Part shown: piece by piece, positions 57,962 through 64,000 of the stretch | How the letters are laid out: the number at the start of each line of letters is the position of its first letter | Position numbering within the stretch: position 1 is the first letter of the stretch | Source: Spirochaetota bacterium | GTDB lineage: Bacteria; Spirochaetota; UBA4802; JAGODF01 | NCBI GenBank assembly: GCA_029974015.1 | Contig: JARKUF010000016.1 | Coordinates: 26,886 to 90,885 of the forward strand | Length of the DNA stretch: 64,000 bases | Reading direction: 5' to 3' | The notes under the pieces: model-generated | What the model was told of the DNA's origin: nothing | What the model saw: only the letters and a program-made list of their open reading frames with translations | The model's database searches: none | Position numbers and translations under genes: made by a program

Positions 57962-58320
57962 GTATCACCTTTAATGCGTTATTATTTTGATAGGGTGCGC
58001 GGTCCTTCAGGGGCCGACACAGTATCGTCAAGATTTGCCTCACCTGTGTAACCGGAGAAATCAGTTCACGGGGGTACGAACATCAAATAAAATTATCACG
58101 GATAAGAACCGTCTTAGCGGAGCTTGTTGACGTAAAAAAGTCGGCTATTCGGTCAAATCTTCTGTCCTGAGTTATTGTTAAGATAGTTTACAAGGGATAA
58201 ATCATCGGGATTACGCGCGAAACAGTAAAAATAACCATGTATGAAATAAATCGAGGAAGAGGATAATTTAGAATTATATATCAATGATAGTAGGAGTTTT
58301 GTTTTAGTCAAGAAAAATAT

Positions 58321-59289
58321 TCACTTTTTTTTCCTGGTCGGCTTTTCCTCGATTGAAATGCCGTGTTTCAATGCCCTGGTAGCCAGGGCCTGTTTGGTAA
58401 GTTTTAGGGCCGAGGCCGCGTTTGTTAGGCTGTTGCCGTGTTCTTTGAGTGTTTCCCCTATTATGATTTTTTCTATTGATTCAAGCCTATGGTCCAGGGA
58501 TTGTTTCTTCAGATTTTTTTGAGAAGTAAGGGCGGCAACGGGGATATTTGATTCCCTGTCGCACATTATGAGGAACCCGATGGATTGCTTTTTATTATAC
58601 ATGGGCACCTTTTCATAATACAATCCAAGCTCCTGATTGTAGAAGAGTATCTCTTCGTTCTCATTATAATAGAAATCATTTTTCCCGGGGTCTCCCAGGG
58701 ATTTCTCAACTGATGTTATGTCGTAGTCGTTTCCGAAATTTTGGACAAGTATCGCTTCAAAATGGCCGTTATAAAACATGGTTTTCCCGGCAGTATTCAT
58801 GGCGTAGAGGGGCCGAGGGAGATGCTCCAGAATGAGATAGATGATCCAGTCCAGAATCTGGTCGTCCCTCTGTTTTTCGATCTGTCGAGGACAGGGCTGT
58901 TTTTTGGCGGTGTTTTCGCTGGCCTCTAACAGTTGAAGCCTCGACCATTTACCCTGGGCTTCCCCGAACAGGTTGATGACGGAAAATTCGCGGTGGCGGG
59001 TTACATGGGGCAGTAGGTCGTCAAGGGTCATTTTTCTTAGAAGCTTTTGGATAAACTGGTCGGTTTTTTGTTTTTTAACACGTTCAATATCGCTAAGCTC
59101 CGATATAAGGTCCTCTTTTCGCAAAATGCCCAGAAGATTTCCCGTCTTCGAAACTACCGGCAGTATGGGGATATCGTCCAAAAAAAAATGTCGCATCACA
59201 TCTTCGGGGTCCATTTTACCGGGATCGTAAGGGTTCTCCTCGAATTCACGCGTCAATTCTTTTGTGTTTTCTTTATTTTTGTCCTGCAT
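58321..59289 (-). CDS. Putative regulator: CBS domain + PAS-like domain + C-terminal Fis-type HTH (HTH_8), without an AAA+ domain
   Basis: CBS-like HFFLDDIPILPVVSKTGNLLGIL. The C-terminal IIGETLKEHGNSLTNAASALKLTKQALATRALKHGI matches the HTH_8 motif. Confidence 0.45.
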   Translation of the reverse strand: MQDKNKENTKELTREFEENPYDPGKMDPEDVMRHFFLDDIPILPVVSKTGNLLGILRKEDLISELSDIERVKKQKTDQFIQKLLRKMTLDDLLPHVTRHREFSVINLFGEAQGKWSRLQLLEASENTAKKQPCPRQIEKQRDDQILDWIIYLILEHLPRPLYAMNTAGKTMFYNGHFEAILVQNFGNDYDITSVEKSLGDPGKNDFYYNENEEILFYNQELGLYYEKVPMYNKKQSIGFLIMCDRESNIPVAALTSQKNLKKQSLDHRLESIEKIIIGETLKEHGNSLTNAASALKLTKQALATRALKHGISIEEKPTRKKK

Positions 59290-60087
59290 TTAAATCCCCA
59301 AAACATCGAACATGGAATACAGTCCGGGAGGCCTGCCGAGGAGAAACTCAAGGGCAAGGACCGCTCCCATGGCAAAGTTTTCGCGGTTCGTTGCGCGGTG
59401 GGTGAGCTCCAGCCGCTCACCTGAACCGATGAAAAACACAGTATGTTCACCGACAATATCGCCGCCTCGCATCGCCATCATGCCTATTTCCCCGTTTTTC
59501 CGCTCCCCGATCAATCCGCATCGGCCCGTTACTTCGTTGAGATTTGCTAGTTCGGGGGTCGAGGTCTTGATGACGTTGAGGAGCTTCATGGCTGTGCCGG
59601 AAGGGGCGTCCTTCTTGTGTCGGTGGTGAGATTCAATTATCTCGATATCATATCTGTCTCCAAGGGTTTTTGCGGCGAGCTCGGTCAGTTTGAATAGAAG
59701 ATTCACCCCAACGGACATATTCGGGGAAAAAACAACGGGTATTCTTTGCGCAGCTTTTGATATTTGTTCAGCCTGGGTTGGGGTAAGTCCCGTGGTGCCA
59801 ATGACCATTGGTTTGCCCGACGCGACTGCTTCGTTGAGAAGGGCGAGGGTTGCGGAGGGCGAGGTGAAGTCGATTATACCGTCGGCATTTGCGAGGGATG
59901 CGGCGTTGATGGGCTCGATGACTGTTTCCACATTGTCAAACTGTAGCAGTTTTCCGGCCTTCGATCCCAGGGCGGGCGATTCAGGGTGTTCAAATGCGGC
60001 GGCAAGAGTATGCCCACGTTCCAGGAGGAGTGCAAGAATAGACCGGGAAACCCTTCCCGCGGCGCCGTTCAGTGCAATACGGCTCAC
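59290..60087 (-). CDS. dapB: 4-hydroxy-tetrahydrodipicolinate reductase
   Basis: N-terminal Rossmann GAAGRVSRSI and the DapB motif ESHHRHKKDAPSGTA. Confidence 0.9.
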   Translation of the reverse strand: MSRIALNGAAGRVSRSILALLLERGHTLAAAFEHPESPALGSKAGKLLQFDNVETVIEPINAASLANADGIIDFTSPSATLALLNEAVASGKPMVIGTTGLTPTQAEQISKAAQRIPVVFSPNMSVGVNLLFKLTELAAKTLGDRYDIEIIESHHRHKKDAPSGTAMKLLNVIKTSTPELANLNEVTGRCGLIGERKNGEIGMMAMRGGDIVGEHTVFFIGSGERLELTHRATNRENFAMGAVLALEFLLGRPPGLYSMFDVLGI

Positions 60088-60980
60088 AGCGGTATCCCAT
60101 ATTCTTTCATGGCATTTATCAAAACCTCGGTATTTTCCGCCCTCATGGATGTGAGGGGAAGACGGATTTCACCGCTACAGAGTCCGAGTAGCTCCATGGC
60201 GCGTTTCACCGGTATAGGGTTGGTTTCAAGGAACATTGCCCTGCAGAGCGGAAGGAGGCGATAAAAGAGGGTGCGGGCATCATCGATTTTTCCATCATCG
60301 AAGAGGGTGATAATTTTTTTTACATCGGCCGGGAGAAGGTTTGAGAGGACCGATATGACACCGCGCCCACCGATGGAGAGGACCGGCAGAAGAAGATTGT
60401 CGTCGCCGGAAAGAAGCGTAAGCCTCTCTCCGCAAAGTTCTATCACCCTCATCATCTGGGATATGTCTCCAGTAGCTTCCTTTATGGCAACGACATTGTC
60501 GCAGGCTTCCACGAGGGTCTTGATGCTTTCAGGAAGGAAGTTAACACCGGTGCGGCCGGGAATATTATATAGCACTACGGGTATTTTCACCGATCGGGCT
60601 ATTTCTGAGAAATGGCGGATGAGGCCCTCCTGGGTGGGACGGTTATAGTAGGGGTTCACCAAAAGCAGAGAGTCGACGCCGTTCTCCTGGGCGGACTGGG
60701 AGAGGCATACCGCTTCGGAGGTGGAGTTTGAGCCGGTGCCCGCCATGACCTTCACGCGCCCGGCGACAATCTCTACGACCTTACGAATAAACTCCTTGTG
60801 TTCTGCGAAGGATACCGTTGGCGATTCTCCGGTAGTTCCCATGGGTACTATTCCGTCGACACCGCCTTCGATTTGCCGTTCGATGAGTGTCCCGGCCGCA
60901 TCGTAATCGATTTTTCCGTTTCGGAAAGGCGTGATAAGCGCGGTATAGAGTCCTGTACACATGTTGTTTCCTTTTTTCAC
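60084..60980 (-). CDS. dapA: 4-hydroxy-tetrahydrodipicolinate synthase
   Basis: TIM-barrel DapA motifs (GTTGESPT, the Schiff-base Lys region AIKEATGD, YNIPGRTG). The start may be at the internal Met at 60962. Confidence 0.9.
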   Translation of the reverse strand: MKKGNNMCTGLYTALITPFRNGKIDYDAAGTLIERQIEGGVDGIVPMGTTGESPTVSFAEHKEFIRKVVEIVAGRVKVMAGTGSNSTSEAVCLSQSAQENGVDSLLLVNPYYNRPTQEGLIRHFSEIARSVKIPVVLYNIPGRTGVNFLPESIKTLVEACDNVVAIKEATGDISQMMRVIELCGERLTLLSGDDNLLLPVLSIGGRGVISVLSNLLPADVKKIITLFDDGKIDDARTLFYRLLPLCRAMFLETNPIPVKRAMELLGLCSGEIRLPLTSMRAENTEVLINAMKEYGIPL

Positions 60981-61345
60981 TTAACGAGAGTGACGGAATC
61001 TCCGAGTTTTTCCATAAAAATTTTTTTGTCGAACCGGCCGTCCTTGAAATCGTTCTCGAAGAGATACAGCAAGAGGAGGCGATTGGACTTCAGGAATTCG
61101 ATTTCTGCCGGATAAGCATACACTTTGATATTATCATCGCTGAGGAGGATGTGGAGCTTCACTTTCTGGCCCTTTTCCAGTCGATACTCGTCCCGGGCCG
61201 CCGCCTTTTGCATGATTCCCGAAGCCTTGTCGAGTTTCATTATGTCTTCTGCCTGATCGTCACGCATAAAAGTCGTGCAGGAAACGAAAAAAGACATGAT
61301 GATGACGGCTGAAAGAACCCTGCTGTTTATACTGAAAGCTGACAT
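60977..61345 (-). CDS. Hypothetical small lipoprotein
   Basis: Start placed at MSAFSINSRVLSAVIIMSFFVSCTT (a lipobox-like FVSC). The longer ORF back to 61450 has no RBS support. Confidence 0.35.
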   Translation of the reverse strand: MSAFSINSRVLSAVIIMSFFVSCTTFMRDDQAEDIMKLDKASGIMQKAAARDEYRLEKGQKVKLHILLSDDNIKVYAYPAEIEFLKSNRLLLLYLFENDFKDGRFDKKIFMEKLGDSVTLVK

Positions 61346-61486
61346 TGGTTCTACCTGCTTTTTTGGTTGCACATGCTGAATTCCGCTTCGGGTCCGGCGG
61401 TTAGAAGCAAATATGGCGAATCCGGGGAGTGTCCCTCCCCCACGCCACACTTTACACGAGCGGCAAGGTTGCTGTCAATATTAATA

Positions 61487-61894
61487 TCACCTGTGGTACG
61501 CAGTCCCCTGGCAGGAGGCGATGAGGCGTCCTCCATTGCCCCGTACCTCTATTTTCCAGACGCTTATTTTTCGGGTTGAGCTGACTGGCTCCGCCACCGC
61601 GGTAATTCGCTCCCCATCCTGCCCCCCGGCGATGTAGTTGATGTTCATCGACAGGGCCAGGGCCATAGTTCCGAGGGAATTGCATGCAACGGCGAAGGCC
61701 TGGTCGGCGACGGCGTATACTATGGCGCCGTGAGCGCGTTCAACTGCGTTAAGGTACTGTGGTCGTATGGTGATTGAGCAACGTGCGAACCCCTCCGCCG
61801 CTTCCTCCACTTCAATTCCGAGATGTGAGGCCATGGGGTCTTTCCCCACCACGGTTCGCGCATATTCCACCGGGTTTTTTATCGTGTCGTGCAT
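61487..61894 (-). CDS. PaaI/YbgC-type hotdog-fold acyl-CoA thioesterase
   Basis: The hotdog motif region ...HGAIVYAVADQAFAVACNS...GRLIASCQGTAY is typical of PaaI-family thioesterases. Confidence 0.6.
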   Translation of the reverse strand: MHDTIKNPVEYARTVVGKDPMASHLGIEVEEAAEGFARCSITIRPQYLNAVERAHGAIVYAVADQAFAVACNSLGTMALALSMNINYIAGGQDGERITAVAEPVSSTRKISVWKIEVRGNGGRLIASCQGTAYHR

Positions 61895-61906
61895 CGATTT
61901 CGCCTC

Positions 61907-62515
61907 CTACAGGGTGTACATCTCGCGAATATCTTCTCCGGGCTGTATGAGGGTCCCGCTTTCATCAACACAGGTGTTCCGGTATTTCAGGACGGATATT
62001 ACTTCTTGAGTTTCGATGTGGTGTACAGACTTGAGCTTTTTGATTTTCATGAGCAGGTTCTTGTATTTGCCGTAATCATCGGTTATTACCTCTGCAACAA
62101 AGGAGTTTTCCCCCTGTACGTGGAGATTGGAAAAAACAATAGGTTCCTGGCTAAGAAGCGCGATCAGTTTTTCATCATGGTGAGGATTGTCAATCTTCAT
62201 AAAAAAATGGAATTTTTTCGTCATGGCGCGATAATCTCCCATGCCGAAATCCGATTTGGATTTAAGCACTTCGATGATTTTCTGTGTTTCCATGGCGATG
62301 AGGGCCGGAACCCCCGAAGAAAGGGTGATAGATTTGAGTTTTCCTATCCATGACCCCAACTGTGTTTTATCGTCAAAATTGACGTCCATAAGATAGCTGT
62401 GCCGGCCCATTATATGAAATAGTGATATTACGTGGGGGTTGTTTTTTAAATTATCAATGAAATCGGCCCCATTTCCCCAATTTTGTATGAAAACGATGGC
62501 ATGGATGATGTTCAT
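61907..62515 (-). CDS. Protein with two tandem Lrp/AsnC-type C-terminal (RAM) domains and no N-terminal HTH
   Basis: Two ~80-aa segments with the beta-alpha-beta-beta-alpha-beta RAM pattern (...IHAIVFIQNW...VISLFHIMGRHSYLMDV... and ...FHFFMKIDNP...VFSNLHVQGENSFVAEV...). Start placed at MNIIHA. Confidence 0.35.
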   Translation of the reverse strand: MNIIHAIVFIQNWGNGADFIDNLKNNPHVISLFHIMGRHSYLMDVNFDDKTQLGSWIGKLKSITLSSGVPALIAMETQKIIEVLKSKSDFGMGDYRAMTKKFHFFMKIDNPHHDEKLIALLSQEPIVFSNLHVQGENSFVAEVITDDYGKYKNLLMKIKKLKSVHHIETQEVISVLKYRNTCVDESGTLIQPGEDIREMYTL

Positions 62516-62841
62516 AGTGTCCTCCGGTATTTGCATGGCGGCCGGCGCAAATCGTCGCCGGAGCTGATTATTTAAAGGTTCCCTTAAGTTAATAACACAG
62601 AATGGCAGTCCTTTTCCTTTTTCAAGCACAATAAAGGGTTATTCGACTGGGCTGACAGGATGTAATTAGGGGTTCCTTTGTTGAAGGGTATGATAATGTA
62701 AAAAAAACTTGATTTTATTGAGGTGTTTTCTATTATTGTATTTTGATCTCTCTGGTATTGCTTGTTTTATTATCTATATGATCCTGCACGTTGAGGAGAG
62801 TGGCAAAGCCACTCTCCTTTTTGTAATAACATGTACTGGTC

Positions 62842-63297
62842 TTGATCATGGAAGCCGCGAGCGTTAAGGACAGGGTCATCGGAGCCGTAGAGGATACGGC
62901 GGATGATCTGGGGTATATGGTCTACGACATTTCTGTGCTCATTCGCGGGGAAAATTCAAAGCTGATCGTCAAAATCGACCATCTCCGTGGAATATCCCAC
63001 CAGGACTGTGAACTTTTCAGCGTAGACCTCTCGCGCAGGTTGGATGGCATGGAATTGCTGCCGAATTATTCACTTGAGGTTTCTTCGCCCGGGCTCGACA
63101 GAAAGATCCGTACCATTGAAGAATACAGGAGATTTTCCGGGGCCCCCGCCAAGATAGTCTACGAAGAAGGGGACATGCGGAAGGCGGTACGCGGATTTAT
63201 CGTAGATATAGGGGATGATGCAGTGACAGTTAAGTCGGAGGAAGGCGCCGTGACGATCGAGTTTTCGAGGATTGTTGGTGCGAATCTTGCGTATTGA
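62842..63297 (+). CDS. rimP: Ribosome maturation factor RimP
   Basis: ...DLGYMVYDISV...LIVKIDHLRGISHQDCELFS...LEVSSPGLDRKI... matches RimP. Directly upstream of nusA. Confidence 0.8.
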   Translation: MIMEAASVKDRVIGAVEDTADDLGYMVYDISVLIRGENSKLIVKIDHLRGISHQDCELFSVDLSRRLDGMELLPNYSLEVSSPGLDRKIRTIEEYRRFSGAPAKIVYEEGDMRKAVRGFIVDIGDDAVTVKSEEGAVTIEFSRIVGANLAY

Positions 63298-63347
63298 ATC
63301 CCGCGCCATGGCCGAGTATGCGCAATATATTTTCTTTAATTTCAAGC

Positions 63348-63464
63348 GGCCTATAAAAATTTGGTTTTCCCGCCCGCCTTCGGCGTACTGGAAAACTAAA
63401 TTGCAGGGTCTGCCAGTAGTTACAATTTATGGGAACCATTAAAATTTAATTTTAAGAGGTTCCC
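63348..63464 (+). repeat. MITE-like repeat, copy K (degenerate left inverted repeat, intact middle and right modules) between rimP and nusA
   Basis: GGCCTATAAAAAT + TTGGTTTTCCCGCCCGCCTTCGGCGTACTGGAAAACTAAA + ...TCTGCCAGTAGTTACAATTTATGGGAACC + ATTAAAATTTAATTTTAAGAGGTTCCC. Confidence 0.6.
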
Positions 63465-63493
63465 TTCAAAGATTTAACCGGGAAGGGGTTGTC

Positions 63494-64000
63494 ATGAGCA
63501 ACAACTTTTTTGAAGCATTGCATCAAATTGCCACCGAGAAGAGCATCCCAAGAGAGGCGATCGAGGAAATCGTGGAATCCGCCATGCTTTCCGCCTACAA
63601 AAAGCAGTATGGGATCACCAATAACGTGCGCGTCGTTTTTGACAGGAACGACAACAGCGTCAAGATTGTGACACGAAAAATGGTGGTGAACAATCCCCGG
63701 AACTTCGCCGAGGAAATCGCCATGGAGAAGGCGAAACGATTGTTTGAAGGTGTGAAGTTAGGGGACGAAATCGATATAGAAGAAAACCCCTTCGATTCTT
63801 TCGGGCGAATCGCCGCCCAAACGGCGAAACAGGTCATAATACAGAAGATTAAAGAAGCGGAAAAGAACATTATTTACGACGACTTCAAGAGCAAAGAAGG
63901 GGAATTGATAAACGGTTATCTGCAGAGGAAGACGAAGGACAGGATGTTCATCGACTTAGGCAAGACCGAAGGCATACTTCCGGCGAAGGAACAGTCCCCA
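63494..64000 (+). CDS. nusA: Transcription termination/antitermination protein NusA (5' part; continues beyond the window end)
   Basis: MSNNFFEALHQIATEKSIPREAIEEIVESAMLSAYKK... is the conserved NusA N-terminal domain; the S1 domain begins at ...GELINGYLQRKTKDRMFIDLGKTEGILP. Confidence 0.85.
   Translation, partial: MSNNFFEALHQIATEKSIPREAIEEIVESAMLSAYKKQYGITNNVRVVFDRNDNSVKIVTRKMVVNNPRNFAEEIAMEKAKRLFEGVKLGDEIDIEENPFDSFGRIAAQTAKQVIIQKIKEAEKNIIYDDFKSKEGELINGYLQRKTKDRMFIDLGKTEGILPAKEQSP

Overview
This 64-kb window looks like chromosomal core genome of a spirochete, at roughly 50% GC. The spirochete call rests on a FlaB-type flagellin ([18 protein letters not shown]...) that most resembles Leptospiraceae FlaB, plus bactofilin, HD-GYP and PAS-PP2C signalling proteins and a membrane H+-pyrophosphatase. 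The window is gene-dense, mostly housekeeping and envelope genes: lepB, ppdK, dsbD, gatC, thpR/ligT, flaB, an AmiC-like amidase, an inositol-monophosphatase homologue, an acyl-CoA synthetase, RsuA-like pseudouridine synthase, holB, ricT, metG, ispE, tRNA-Gln(UUG), the glmU N-domain, prs, rplY, pth, rpe, a NarI-HdrD-like Fe-S oxidoreductase, hppA, nagB, nfnAB-like genes, a group-2-like sigma-70, rpmE, rho, dapB, dapA, rimP and the 5' end of nusA. The run holB-ricT-metG...ispE-(tRNA-Gln)-glmU(N)-prs-L25-pth reproduces the conserved Firmicute gene order near oriC. The most striking feature seen directly in the sequence is a dense repeat family with no obvious named counterpart. At least 15 intergenic loci carry a modular, roughly 120-bp element that resembles a MITE or BOX element. 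A full copy has terminal inverted repeats GGCAACCTCTAAT ... TTAGAGGTTCCC, an internal GC-rich hairpin (AGGTTTTCCCGCCCGCC-TTCG-GCGGGCGGGAAAACCT), and a conserved TGCCAGTAGTTACAATTTATGGGAACC module. Several intact copies are flanked by identical 4-bp direct repeats (TTAA, TTGT, TTTA, CTCA), which is consistent with transposition. Copies sit directly after stop codons, inside a 5' UTR, and next to the tRNA gene. The second candidate is a minus-strand cluster at 25.9-29.2 kb. It encodes a fused STAS-GHKL (RsbV-RsbW-like) protein, a separate STAS-like (DUF4325-like) protein with a putative C-terminal winged helix, and two uncharacterised proteins. Nearby lie an orphan promoter/terminator pair that could specify a small RNA and an apparent sigma-70 promoter. 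The cluster may be a partner-switching module that acts on a transcription factor rather than on a sigma factor. Other items are an in-frame DHH phosphoesterase/lipoprotein-like fusion, an AT-rich region with two GTGTA-N7-TACAC palindromes upstream of the sigma factor gene, and a perfect 29-nt palindrome after ppdK. No CRISPR array, IS transposase, prophage or rRNA was seen. All calls come from reading the sequence and the ORF translations; no database searches were run.
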